Shown here piece by piece: positions 39,880 to 53,082 of a stretch of 64,000 nt of DNA. The position numbers and the translations under genes are program-made. Each line of letters opens with the position of its first letter. Positions within the stretch are counted from its first letter, which is position 1. The stretch comes from Octopus sinensis (lineage: Eukaryota), in the NCBI RefSeq assembly GCF_006345805.1, contig NC_042999.1, positions 102,982,001 through 103,046,000 of the forward strand, written 5' to 3'. The notes under the pieces are model-generated. The model worked only from the letters and a program-made list of their open reading frames with translations. It was not told the origin of the DNA and did not search any database.

Positions 39880-40843
39880 TATTTTAATCTTAGTGTATTT
39901 AATATTATTCTTGTAACTGTTTAGTTTCTGTTGTTGAATAGATATGTGCTTGTGCTTTGCCTGGAATTAGTGTTAATTTCCGTGTACTTGATAATATTGT
40001 GTCTTCCGATGTTAGAGATACTAGAAGAGTCAATGTTATCAGCTAGGTTAATTGCTGTTGGGGATGAGAATGTGACTGTAACTTTACTAAATATGCTATG
40101 GAATTTGTGTTTCAGTAGAAAATGTTTTATTAGTATATCAAAGACGATATCACGTTCTTCTTATGTTCTTAACGCAAGGATCACTAACTTATGTTTCTTC
40201 TTCTAGTTGTCTTAGAGTTAGTTTTTATCTCTTCTTATTTCTTGTGTAGTATTGTTGCAAACCTTAGATTTAGTTCTGTCACAATTATAAGTACTAGTAC
40301 TAAAAGAATTTTCAGAAGATATATCTGTATTCTTAACCTTACAATTATTGTTACTTTTGTCTTTTCATTGTTACGGTCGTGGAACGTGAAATATATTAAA
40401 TTTTCCTGTTATCCGATATTGTGATAGCATTACCGTGGTTGATTAGTTTATGCTTCGCTTTTATACTAATGTCGGCTTTTAAGTCTATTAATAGTAACTA
40501 TAGAAGTTGTTTATGCTTTGTATTTGTCTCTTAGAACATTTATTTCTGTATCAACCGCTCTCCCTTAATTAGTACTTGGGAATTCCGTTATCTTATTATC
40601 CTCATATCTATTATCACAATGTTATAATCGTTTAGGATCCTTAATTGTTGTAGGTATTAGACAAAAAAGTGTTTAATTTTTCAAATAATTATTAGCAAGA
40701 AAATATATTTGTGTATTACTTTTTGGTTTGGGGAAATGTTTATGCTAATGGTACTGTTTAATTGTTTATAGAGAGAAATTTATGCTATTCTTTTCATTAA
40801 AGTCACATCGTTTCAGTTCTTTGTTATAATATTCTAAATTATA
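39880..40843 (-). mobile_element. Naiad-like PLE RT C-terminal region (3' part of a split element)
   Basis: Degenerate YYNKELKRC, RRRNI..P..KN, LIKHF..KHKFH.IF...TV.FS. Confidence 0.55.
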
Positions 40844-42082
40844 TTGGGTTGGCAAAAAAGTAATTTCATTTTTCGCAAATAGATAGAGTTACGAGTTTTT
40901 GAATGACTTTTGTCAATGTTATGATTTTTTTCCTTTTGACATTTGATAGCCGTTATCTTTAGCTTACTTTAGAAGCTTGCTCGTAATTTTGCTAACGTCT
41001 GTTAATTCAGTGTCATTTTGAACATGGAGTACCAAAACGAAAATTTTCGCCATGTTTTGCTTTTTATATTTCCGTAAAGACAAGAAAGCTGCTGAGGCTC
41101 ACAAAGAAATATGTGAAGCGTTGATTGCTTAACAGAACCCACCTGTCAGAAATGGTTTGAAGAATTTCGTCCTGGAGATTTTTCCCTCAAAGATGATCAA
41201 TATTCTGGTCGACCCACCGAAGTTGATGATGATCGAATCAAAGCCATATTTGAATCTGATTGTCATATAACTGTGCGAGAGATTGCAGAGAGGCTAAATG
41301 TATGACGCACAACAATTGAAAATCACTTAAAATGTCTTGGACTCAGTAAGAAGCTCAATATCTGGGTTCCACATAAATTGAAAGAGATATACTTAACAGA
41401 ACGAATCAATATTTGCGATATGTATCTCAAACGCAATGAAATCAACCTTTTCTTGAAACGTATAAGCACTTGTGATGAAAAATGGATTGTCTACAATAAC
41501 ATCAATCGAAAACGATCATGGTCCATGCGTAATGAACCAGCACAAACCACACCGAAAGCTGAATTGCATCAAAGAAAGGTCATGCTGTTAGTTTGGTGGG
41601 ATTACAAAGGTGTTGTGTATTTTGAGCTGCTTCCAAGGAACCAAACGATCAATTCAGATGTTTACTGTAAACAAGTAATGAAGCAATCAAAGAAAAACGG
41701 CTAGAATTGGCAAATCATAAAGGAATTGTGTTCCACCATGACCACGCTAAACCTCACACGTCTCTGCTAATTCGTGAAAACGTATTGGAAATTGGTTGGG
41801 AAGTGATGTCACATCCACCATATAGCCCTGGCTTTCCATCATCAGATTATCATTTGTTTCGAAGTTTGCAAAATTCTTTGAATGGTAAAACTTTCAATAA
41901 TGATGATGACCTGTAATCGCACTTGCTTCAATTTTTGGCTGATAAAGACCAGAAGTTCTATGAGCGCGGAGAGCTCATTGAAAATATGGAAAATATATAA
42001 TTGATTAAAGTTCATTCATTGTATGAAAAAAATGACTTTTATTTCACATTAAAAAACCGAAATTACTTCCTTGCCTACCCAA
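40844..42082 (+). mobile_element. Mariner element, full length (1239 bp), decayed
   Basis: TIRs ttgggttggcaaaaaagtaatttc / gaaattacttccttgcctacccaa, TA duplications at 40842-43 and 42083-84. Motifs WVPH.L, TCDEKW, HHDHAKPH, HPPYSP...SDY.LF. Confidence 0.93.
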
Positions 42083-42470
42083 TAATTGAATATCTGGTCA
42101 TTTCCTGAAAATTTTAATATTCTAATTGAAATATGTCTAACAAGATTATGTATAATAGACCTGAGACGATAGAATGCATACAGTGCAATATTTTATTCGC
42201 ATTGTGGTATGAAAAGTGCTTGCGAGGGTAACATCAAATAACTTAACTTTTGGCGTTGGTATCAACAGACAAAAAGATTAAAATCTATAAAACAAACCTT
42301 AGTAGGGCCTTTCGAAGTCTTTCTAAATCTGAAAGGTTACATCTATTTATAATAGTTAAAGCATCATCCCTGTACAAATCGCCACTGATCTTTGGGAGTT
42401 AATCCTTCAGTTGATGTGACGAAAACAGTCCGACCAACTTAGAAGTGTAAATCGAGTCCGAGAAATTATA
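42083..42470 (-). mobile_element. Naiad-like PLE RT core (5' part of the split element)
   Basis: Minus-strand SKLVGL...LYRDDAL...ERLRK, DVTL, IHNL..HISIRI..S.N.QIFN. Confidence 0.7.
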
Positions 42471-44171
42471 CACACATATGCACACACATGCCCGCGCATA
42501 CTCACACACATCTGGTTTTCATCTCAGGGTATAGCACAGTATAACAAGCGATACGAACTCAGAACATGCAGCTATGTGCATATTATGAATTATCAATTCC
42601 TCTCCTCTTTGGATGTTGTCATGTCTTACACATGCCTGCATGGCTACACATGGTCACAACAACGTTCATGAATTTTACAGTGGTCAAATAAAATGTAAAT
42701 TAACGTCAGTGGAATTTTTGTTCAGACGACTTAATGATGCACAACATTGCTTCAGAGTGTTTATTAAGTGATGAAAACAATATATAAAAACAACCGTCTT
42801 GAAATAAAATTAACTACAAAAAATAAAATAAAATTCGAACAAATGTTGCTGAGATAAAGAGGATGCTGTGATGAAAAATATACTCTGCTTAATAATACAA
42901 AACAAACACAAAAATATAAATAGAGGAAACCACAGAATTGAAAAGTCGTCAAATTATTCACTAAAAACTAAGATAAACAAGCACATATTCACTGAATGAA
43001 GTGTAGCCACGATTCGATAAACGGTATATTTAGTAATGTTTTAAGCTTCGAAGAATTCTACCAAGATACGGAACTGACCATTTCTAACATTCGCTTAAAT
43101 TGATTGAATTAAATTTGATTTGCAACAATAGGATGATTTTATTTTTAGCGATTCTAGATTTTAAGCAAAACATTTGTTAATTAGATTGCTGGTAAAAAGT
43201 TTACGATCTTCAACTGCCAACCATTAAAACATGGAAATATTTCTCGAAATTGCCAATACTGGTGAGGTTTTTAGGTGTGTAGCAGGCATAAAATGGTCTC
43301 AGGTACAGAAAATAGGGGCTTATGCGAGTTATTCCTAGTGTGAGATATATATTAAAAAAAAATAGTCAAGAGAGCCACAGGCAATTTGTGCAGTGTAAAA
43401 ACAAAACAATTCATGGATCTTTATTTCACAGTGCGATTAAATAAAAGTTTATTTTAAACAAACCTATGATAACTTACAATCTGTGATACCTCCGACAATT
43501 CTAGCGTCACATATTTGTTTCATTTATGAAAATATACATAAATTCAGTTGATACTGAAGTAAGCATAAATGAGGATAAGGGGAAGATTTCTGGAGTATGT
43601 CCGAACGTCTAAACGGATTTCCCATCGTTTTCGTCGAATGACTAATACAGTTGGTCCATCAACGGAATATTTTTCGAAGTCCATCAACAGAGTATCTTTC
43701 CGTTCTAGTATATGGTTAGTAAATAAGCATTCCACAGATGTGAACAATAACGAAATATCTAAACAAAACCAGTATGATATCAGAGTGTATGATGATAATG
43801 ACACTGTTGACCCAAACTGTCAGAGTAATTCTGGATAAACATAAAAATGTATAGTAGTCGTTCAGATGTCCCGTGTTGCTCAATGATAACTAGGTACAAA
43901 CTCTTTAGGAAGCATTGTATCAGTGATCAGATCTTATTGATATGGCAACCAGTATTCAGACTATTTCAACTAATCCTTATATTTATATAGTAATAATCAA
44001 AACAAATTTAGATGCTCACCTATATTTAGAAGAAGCATGACCAAAGAGCTATGTAGGATAACAGTGTTAACAGTTCAGTTATGTTGGTTGACGATATAAA
44101 ATTTAAACTCATTTCGTAACCACAAAATCTTAAATTTTCTCATCCACCGCTGATAACCAGCGTTGAACACA

Positions 44172-44310
44172 GTTTCTTTCGGTTTCCTTTCACAAGGCTT
44201 TATGCGGTCCGGGGCTATAGCAAAATACACTAGTTCAGAGTGCCACGCAGTGTGACGAACCAAAAACCACATAGTTAGGAAGCAAACCTCTTAACCATAC
44301 AGCCACGCCT
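44172..44310 (-). mobile_element. SINE family A, 5' part (old)
   Basis: cacaaggcttt..ggtccggggctatag...cagccacgcct. Confidence 0.7.
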
Positions 44311-44541
44311 GATGCAGGGTACTGCTACTAATGAAAATTTATCATTGAATATTACTGTATTTATACGTTCTGTTTCTGTTAGCTATCAACAATATGTTTT
44401 TCCTTGGAATATTTTATTAAATAAGTAGAATATTGCCTAAATATTTCTTAAATGTCAAGTATAAACCTAGGTTGTTAACTTTAAGATATGTACATGCACA
44501 AAAAATACAGTTCATGCATGTACAGTATTGCAGCTAAAGCT

Positions 44542-44972
44542 AATCTATAAAATGAAGAAGGCGAACGTTGATACAAATAGGATTTTTTAGGTAAAAAGGG
44601 GTCTAAATGGGGCTGGAAGGGGATTAAAATTTACAGGAGGGGGTAACTTGAGGTGAGAAATTGATTGGGAGACGTTTTGGGGCGCTACAGTGGTTGCTTT
44701 GGTGTGAGAACAGAGATTTTATTGATTTGGGGGGGGGCACCTTTTGGACACCTTTTGCCCGATTTCAGTCAAATTTTCAACATGGTAAAGTGTAAGCGGA
44801 TTTGTAATCTAATCTATAAAATGAAGAAGGCGAACGTTAATGCAAATTGGATTTTTATGTAAAAAGGGGTCTAAATGGGGCTGGAAGGGGATTAAAATTT
44901 ACAAGAGGGTGTAACTTGAGGTGAGAAATTGATTGGGAGACGTTTTGGGGCGCTACAGTGGTTGCTTTGGTG
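44542..44972. repeat. Two ~162-bp direct repeats (44542-44704, 44811-44972)
   Basis: Near-identical G-rich units with a 106-bp spacer. Confidence 0.9.
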
Positions 44973-45514
44973 AATCTACTATCCTCAGATTCTATCCCTT
45001 CAAACTTTGGTTTCCAATATTTTTCAATTTTTATTCAGCTCGATGTTCGTCTGTCCCTTTTAAATGTTAATGTTTTGCTGTCCGCCTTGAAGCAGACCTT
45101 TCCGTTGTCACTGCCTGATATTTGTGATTGATCTTTCAAAATATTTTCTTTCTCTTTACTTACTCAAGATCTTTTGTTTTTTTATAAATGGGAGAGAGAC
45201 AAATAGAGAAAGATAGAGAGTAAAAGAAAGCGAGGGAGAGTCCGAGATAAAGGAAGAGTAAGAGAGTGAGAAAGTGAGAGAGAAAGGAGAGAGAAACAAA
45301 GGGGGAGAATGTGGCGATAACAAACAGGAAGGAAGCAACAGAAAGTAACAACCACACCCTCACCCGCGTGTAGAGCGGGTCACCTTAAGCTAGTATACAA
45401 TATATAATGAACTGAGAAAATAAACTTCATGTGTAAGATTAAGAAATTTAGAATTTAAACACTAAATATGATCAGTAATAATTTGGTGTATCTATATATA
45501 TATACGCGCGCGCG

Positions 45515-45568
<54 letters not shown>

Positions 45569-45575
45569 CACACAT

Positions 45576-45682
45576 AGCTTGCTTACAAAGAATAAGTCCT
45601 GGGGCCATTTACTCAACTAAAGGCGTTGCTTCAGCATGGCCGTAGTCAAATGACTGAAACAAGTAAAAGAATAAAAGAATAT
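45576..45682 (+). mobile_element. SINE family A, 3' end
   Basis: Family tail signature. Confidence 0.85.
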
Positions 45683-45706
45683 ATATGTATATATATATAT
45701 ATATAT

Positions 45707-45761
<55 letters not shown>

Positions 45762-46344
45762 ACACGCACATAAACAGGTGCATATATAAATATACATACA
45801 TAAACGTGTGCGTGCGTACACATACATATACATATTCATATTTATAAATCCATTATAATGTATCTAATGTGTGACAAGATTAAGAAGAGAGTGTAGGATA
45901 GAGAAAGAGAGAAATCAATGATAGTGAATGAGACTGAATATATATTTTAGTAGAAAAAAAGAATGAAAATTTCTATAAAGCAACCTTGCAAATCACCTCA
46001 TGAGAATTACTACTCTTGGTCTTCTTTTCAGTAAAATGCTTCAAGAATCATTGCTACCTCCTACTATCGGTTGCTAACACTATATTGAAAAGACACGCCA
46101 TAAAAGGCAAGCGTAAGATCGTTACTAACAGGATTATAATGTGGAAACTTCGTCAGCAGATTTTCTTTCTTTGTCTTCAGAAAGGATAAAAGAAAATTTA
46201 GCAACTAACGTCAAAATAAAGGAGTAAACGGAAATTCTAAATAGTAGCCAACCAAGTTATTAAATACTGATGTTAGAGAAACGAAAGCAAATAAAGAATG
46301 TGTGTATGTATGTATGTATGTATGTATGTATGTATGTATGTATG

Positions 46345-46376
<32 letters not shown>

Positions 46377-46490
46377 TATATATATATAATATATATATAT
46401 ATTATATATATATATATGTATGTATGTATGTATATGTGTGTATGTACATATATATATATATATGTATATATATGTATATATATGTATATG

Positions 46491-46540
<50 letters not shown>

Positions 46541-46541
<1 letters not shown>

Positions 46542-47851
46542 GAGGGAGAGTCTCAAAATTATAAGCACTCATACTTTTTGGATGTATCTACACAAAAGTA
46601 GGAGATAAACAACTTTGTAATTTTTCTATATAGTATCCTTCTTTACCGATGCACTTGGTCCAGCAGTCCACTAGCTTGCGTATTCCCTCCAAGAAGGTTT
46701 TCTGTTGGTCGTGCAACCATTTATGCACAGCTTCCTTCACATCTTCATCTATAGAAAATCAACGACCTCGTAAACTATCTTTGAGCGGTCTAAATATATG
46801 ATAGTCGGAAGGGGCGAGATCTGGGCTGTAGGCAGGATGCTGCAGCACCTCAAAACACAATTGTTTAATGGTTTCGACGGTCTGTGTGGCCGTGTGTGGG
46901 CGTGCATTGTCATGCAATAACAAAACTTTCTTCAACAATAGGCTTCGGTGTTTGGTGCGAATTGCTGGCTTCGGTTTCTTGACCAGCAAAGCACTGTATA
47001 TTGCACTGTTGATCGTACACCCCTTTTCCAGGTAGTCTTCCAACATAGGCTCTTTTGAGACTCCCCCAAAAGGGTTAGCATCAACTTGCACGCGAAAGAC
47101 AGTCTTGAATTTCTTCGTCGCTGGTGAGCCAGGATGTTTCCACTCCATACTCTGAATTTTGGATTCTGCCTCATAATTATGGGCCCACATTTCATCTCCT
47201 GTAACCATTCTGCTCAAAAATTCCTCACCCTCATAGTTGTAGCGATCGAGCAAACGTATGAAGACATCAAGACTTTTGCGCTTCTGCTCTGCAGTAAGCT
47301 CTATTGGCACCTATCTTTCCACAGACTTTATGGAAGCTGAGCTCACCGTGGATAATTTGATAGGTGGAACCATGAATAATTCGCAGAGAACGAACTATCT
47401 CATCAATGATAACTCGCCGGTTCATCATTACAATCTCTTGAGCCTACTGAATTTTCCCGTCAGTGGTGGAGGTTGACGAGCATCCTGCTCCCTCTTCGTG
47501 CGTTACGCTTATCCGGCCACTTTTAAACTTCTCGATCCACGTATACACACCTGTACACGGATGTATACTGTCCTCGTATTGTGCTAAAAGTCTCCGATGA
47601 ATTTCAGCAACTGATACACCTTCCGACAAGAGAATTTGGATCACTGCTCTTTGTTCTTCTTAGGTGTACATTGCTAGAGGAGCGGCCATGCTTACACTTT
47701 AAAGCCAGAAAGAAAAATGGCGTGATCCGGCTCAAACTTTGATCGCCTGACCACAATAGTACGAACTATAAGCACGCATGCGCAGAATGCAGTGTGACAA
47801 TTATAAAAATATGTTATGGCGCAAGTGGGGATAATTTTTGACTTCCCCTCG
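46541..47851 (-). mobile_element. Mariner element, full length (1311 bp), decayed
   Basis: TIRs cgagggagagtctcaaaattat / ataatttttgacttcccctcg, each flanked by TA. ORF 46759-47310 with VTGDE.W, HDNARPH, HPAYSPDLAPSDY. Confidence 0.95.
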
Positions 47852-48046
47852 TATATATAGACAACAGTGTGCAATGTTTTACCGAAAAGGAAAACTATAA
47901 TTGTCACTAAATATGACCAGGGTGTTAGAAACACCTACATTGCTAGAAATAAGAGCTTAGATGCTCTAATGCTGTAGTTAAAGCACATAATTGTATACAT
48001 ATGTACTGACAGGGACCGTAATTGTCCGAAAGCACTGGTCGAGAAT

Positions 48047-48099
48047 TCCCTATATTGATCGGTCAGTTTCGGCTAATTCCGTAGCCTCATCACTGGGGG
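48047..48099 (-). ncRNA. Type I hammerhead relic at the apex of a long fold-back
   Basis: CCCCA-GUGAUGA-GGCUA CGGAAU UAGCC-GAA-ACUGA CCGA UCAAU-A-UAGGG; C3 changed to G, perfect stem II. Confidence 0.7.
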
Positions 48100-48415
48100 C
48101 CGCTCGACTCGGCTTCTTTCGGACAGGGGCGATTGCGGTCCCTGTCATTATATATATATATATATACAATTATGTGCTTTAACTACAGTATTAAAACTCT
48201 TTAGCTCTTATTTCTAGCAATGTAGGTGTTCTCACACCCTAGTCATATTTAGTGACAATTATAGTTTTCCCTTTTGGTAAAACATTGCACACTGTTGTAC
48301 ATATTAAATTATTGTATACAGATTAGTGATTCGCTAAATCATCCATATAATTTTAGGGTGAATACATATGTCCTCACACAGATGTAAGTCCGCAAAAAGC
48401 CAAATCGAGCGGTGG

Positions 48416-48459
48416 TCCCTACTCATGAGTCTACGGAAACTGACCGATCTGTATAGGGA
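48416..48459 (+). ncRNA. Type I hammerhead relic (sister copy)
   Basis: UCCCUA-CUCAUGA-[stem II half deleted]-GAA-ACUGA CCGA UCUGU-A-UAGGGA. Confidence 0.65.
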
Positions 48460-48523
48460 ACTTTCGACCGGTGCTTTCAGGTGATTACGGTCGTTGTCAG
48501 TGCCTATATGCTTCAACTATAGC

Positions 48524-48561
<38 letters not shown>

Positions 48562-48672
48562 AAAAGAGGGGGTGGTGTTTCCACGTAGGAAAAATATATA
48601 GGAATATGTAGTTGAAAATGCACCTAAAATTTAAAAACTCGTAAATGTTTAAAATACATTTATTTACATATA

Positions 48673-48715
48673 TACCAAACTAGTTTCAACAATATTTTTT
48701 TGTTTATCAATGGTA
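48673..48715 (-). ncRNA. Hammerhead-like motif with UUGAUAA (U3-A8) core, second family
   Basis: UACCA-UUGAUAA-ACAA AAAAAUA UUGU U-GAA-ACUAGU-U-UGGUA. Confidence 0.55.
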
Positions 48716-49209
48716 AAAGTTTCAAATTAGGAAAACAACTTTAAATGTTTCAATGTTAACAAATTAAAATGTTTCAATGTTGATAATTTAACATGTTCAA
48801 AACAGAAGGTGTACGTTTGAGTGTTCATAGCAGTCAATAAAATTAAAACTGTATATCAATTTGTTTGAATGTACAAAGTTCATTAATTTTAGTGGTGGCC
48901 GACGAGTCATACTGAAAAAAAAAACAAGTGTGAAATGAATGTAGTAAAAAAAAAAAAGGAATTTGGTTTACAGTTTCTCTGATCCTCTTCTAATAGACGC
49001 TTTCACTTGTAGTGTTATGTTTTGGGATCAGATAAATTTATAAGTTTTTTCGGCGAGCGGATCTAAGTTTTGATTCGTTAAAATACTGGTGATGTTTTTT
49101 TTCCGTGGTCAAGCATGTTGTTCTGCTTGGTTGGTTTCCTTATGGATACGGTCATAAGTCGTTCCGGTTGGTTGGTTCTCTTAAAGGGTCATTTCGTTGT
49201 ATTTGCTGG

Positions 49210-49790
49210 AGTTGGATTTTAGGCTCACACCAAATTATCAAGAGCAAAATGCAACCAGAATCATTGAAGAAAATATTAATCAACGCAAGACTTTATCCAT
49301 TAACAACGGAACCAAAAGTGAGAAAATGTGGTTGGCCTAACTGCGGCGCATACCCCCACCTTTTGGAGGGTACAGACTTCCACTTTAAACAAAGTGAAAT
49401 ATTTAAGATTAAATCAAGTTTTACCTGTGCGTCGGAAAACCTAATTTATGCCATTACCTGTTTAGGGTGCGGTAATCAATATATTGACCTAACAGGAATA
49501 TCACTCCATTGAAGAACCACACTTCACAAAGAAGAAATCCGCCACCCACAATACAGATAGATACAGGTCAGTGAACACATAGAAAGGTGTGCTAGGAACC
49601 TTAATACTAATTTCCTAATTTTCTCCTTCTATAATGTTCACAGAACATCGCAGTACAGCAAAGAATGAATAAAGAAGCAACTTTCATCAATATCTTGCAC
49701 AACTCAATATGAATACATAACTTAATACAGAACACTACCAACCTTGCCAATAATTCCACAATCACCCATACCTTTCTTATACCATTCATA
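49210..49790 (+). mobile_element. Penelope-like GIY-YIG fragment (relative of the element at 37430)
   Basis: HQIIKS..QP.SLKKIL..A, KCG..NC, FTCASENLIYAITC.GC..QYI..TG. Confidence 0.88.
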
Positions 49791-50099
49791 TTACAGTATT
49801 ATATCGACCCTAATTGCACCACGTCCAGAACTACTTACTTCGCTTACATAATCTTTTTATTCGGGGACTAGTAGACCCAAAAGCGTTTGATAATCGGTAG
49901 GCATTCAAAGCCAGTGAACAGAAATGGCGATGTCGGGTTAACTTTGAATCCCTTTAACAATTCAAAATAATGAATTTAATTCCTCTTAATTCTACCTCAG
50001 TTCATCTAATTGTATTTATTTATCGATATTTTTCATGAAAAAACCCTATATTTCTTTGATATTCAATATCCATTTTCCCTTTATTTCTTCTTACTTTCC

Positions 50100-50163
<64 letters not shown>

Positions 50164-50188
50164 TATATATAATATATATATATATATA

Positions 50189-50602
50189 CACTCTTTTATT
50201 CCTTCGTTTCAGTCATTTGACTGCGGCCATGCTGGAGCACCGCCTTTTAGTTGAAGATATCGATTCCAGGACTTATTCTTTGCAAGCCTGGTACTCCTTC
50301 TCTCTTTTGCCGAACTGCTAAGTTACGGGGACGTAAACACACCAACATTCGTTGTCAAGCGATGGTGGCTGGAGGTCAAACAGAGACACTAAGATACACA
50401 CACACACACATACACACAGCCATACATATACATATACACAACGGGCTTCTTTCAGTGTATGTCGACTATATCCACTCACAAGGTTTTTGTTCGGCCCGAG
50501 GCCATAGTAGAAGACACTTGTCTAAGGTGCCATGGAGTGGGACTGAACCCGGAACCACGTGGTTGGAAAGGAAGCTTCTTACCATACATCCACGCCTGCG
50601 CC
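50189..50602 (-). mobile_element. SINE family A, full length (diverged)
   Basis: Head and tail both present. Confidence 0.9.
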
Positions 50603-51088
50603 ATTCCATACATAACAAAACAAGAAGCTTGAAAAAAATTTTGGTATTATTTATTCACCGTTACACATGTTTCGTATGCTTAGTAGAGATTAGAGTTGTA
50701 TATAGATAAACGTAAGAAATTTCCTATTTGAAATTCCTCAGACAAAGAGACAATTGATATATTACTTGAATCTGTATCTGAAGTATTTCCAATAGAAAAT
50801 TTCTTACATGTTTATCCAGTATGTACAACTTTGCAATTTCTATTTGCAAACTAAACATGTATAATGATGAATGAACAATACCAAATATATTTGGTAAACT
50901 TCCAGTTTTGACATAACTTTGTACACATTATTTCCAGAACTTTCTGGATTGTGAATTTGAAATAAGCAGATGTGATTCAAAAGACAACAGCTTAGATTTT
51001 AGTCCATCTACATAATGATACATACAAGATATATATTACACACACATACACAAACCATGCACAAACACTTATGTATTCATATACATAT

Positions 51089-51158
<70 letters not shown>

Positions 51159-51165
51159 TACATAT

Positions 51166-51226
<61 letters not shown>

Positions 51227-51242
51227 ATATAAATATAAATAT

Positions 51243-51475
51243 AAGGCGGCGAGCTGGCAGAATCGTTAGCGCGCCGGGCGAAATGCTTAGCAGTATTTCG
51301 TCTGCTGTTACGTTCTGAGTTCAAATTCCGCCGAGGACGACTTTGCCTTTCATCCTTTCGGGGTCGATAAATTAAGTACCAGTTATGCACTGGGGTCGAT
51401 ATAATCGACTTAATCCGTTTGTCTGTCCTTGTTTGTCCCCTCTGTGTTTAGCCCCTTGTGGGTAGTAAAGAAATA
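51243..51475 (+). mobile_element. tRNA-derived SINE family B, full length
   Basis: aaggcggcgagctggcagaa head, gagttcaaattcc B box. The central ctttcatcctttcggggtcgataaattaagtaccag resembles the Meta-type conserved SINE domain (family name not verified). Confidence 0.92.
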
Positions 51476-51526
51476 TATATATATAAATATACATATATAC
51501 ATACATGTATATACGTATGTATATCT

Positions 51527-51574
<48 letters not shown>

Positions 51575-51603
51575 ATCTTTGGATCTTCTAGATACCAATA
51601 CCG

Positions 51604-51662
<59 letters not shown>

Positions 51663-52402
51663 TTCTTATACACACACTACAAGACAGGAGATGAAAGATG
51701 GAAAAGTCGGTCATACACCTACAATTCTGTATAAATACTTAAATATCATTCCTTCTGTATATATGCTTCTATACATCTATGATATCTGATGAACTTAAAA
51801 TAATTATAACTTTATTTTACTACCTATATTGAACATTTTCATGTAAACTGTTTAAACACAAAGCCCCTCTAATCGTTTTCTTATCATTGTGAACTTCTAT
51901 TTTCTAACATTTTTTTTATCATAGTCAAAGACTGTATAACCGTATTTTAATACTATGATAACTATTTGACACTACTTCAATTTTCCTTGTTTCTGTGGCG
52001 TAACTTCTATAGATAATTGTCTTTTCTGCCTTGTTTTTTAATACTTCTTTTTTTTTTGAGGGGGGGGGGGCACCTTTACATCGTTCCCCTCCCTTTCAAG
52101 CATTCCCTTGAACTCGCTCAACTCTTCTAGGTTCACTTATTCAATTTTTTCTCTGGCCGCCGCTGTTTTGTTCCTCTTCTCCATTTCCTTGTCCATCGTG
52201 TTTAAATATATTCAACTAATTCTTCCTCAGACGAATCACATTCTAGGGAAGAATACTTTAACTTCTCCCAGCTTCTCGCACGACGCTCCTCCATTATCCA
52301 GGAGGCAAAACGTCGCTCCACCAGGACAGCCCAAAAAACACGTTTGTACCAAACAAATCTAACAATGCCTGGTATATATTTATATATGTAAATATATGTG
52401 TG

Positions 52403-52469
<67 letters not shown>

Positions 52470-52848
52470 ACACACACTCACACGCACACACACACTCGCA
52501 CATAAATATATACATACACGTTCATGTATTTGTTTTGGAATGACTGCGGAGCGGTGTCAACTTTAAGGTTGTACCCTGTGAAATTTATGGTTTAGCTTCT
52601 GTGAAATGACCTCTTCATTGTAGGATTCTAAATAAACAGAAATACCTAATAAAATCCACATGTATCATCTTACTGTTTCTTTTGTCTCTTCATTGATTGT
52701 ATTTTTTTTATTATCATTTTAAATTTATGTTCATATATTTGTTTGCATGTGTTTACTTTATGCGTATTTCAGTATTATGTATACCTGCCATGTAATTATA
52801 TACATCATTAATATATTAGTGCATATGTGTGTGTTGTGTGTGTGTGTG

Positions 52849-52898
<50 letters not shown>

Positions 52899-53031
52899 GA
52901 AAAGGGGACGTCTGTCTCCAAAGCTTGAAAGTTGAGTAACGTTTTCGTGTTTGGATTTGTAAACTACGGTAAGAATAACACTGGCCAGTATTTTGCCCCA
53001 AGAAAAGAATATATTTACTTTTGTCATGTCT

Positions 53032-53082
<51 letters not shown>

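Larger units (their letters stand above)
47861..48525. mobile_element. Pair of inverted pLTR-like units, each with a hammerhead relic
   Basis: 47861-47997 is inverted at 48163-48298; core 48000-48150 has a diverged inverted copy at about 48370-48510. Confidence 0.75.

Noticed and set aside
43544-43838. Overlapping ORFs and a TACTAAC..AG acceptor-like site on the minus strand
   Set aside because: No recognisable domain, weak pyrimidine tract and no clear donor.
51785-51800. CUGAUGA in a pLTR-like segment
   Set aside because: No downstream GAAA or stems.
52100-52370. GC-richer coding-like island
   Set aside because: Stops in all plausible frames and no motif recognised; probably a TE fragment.
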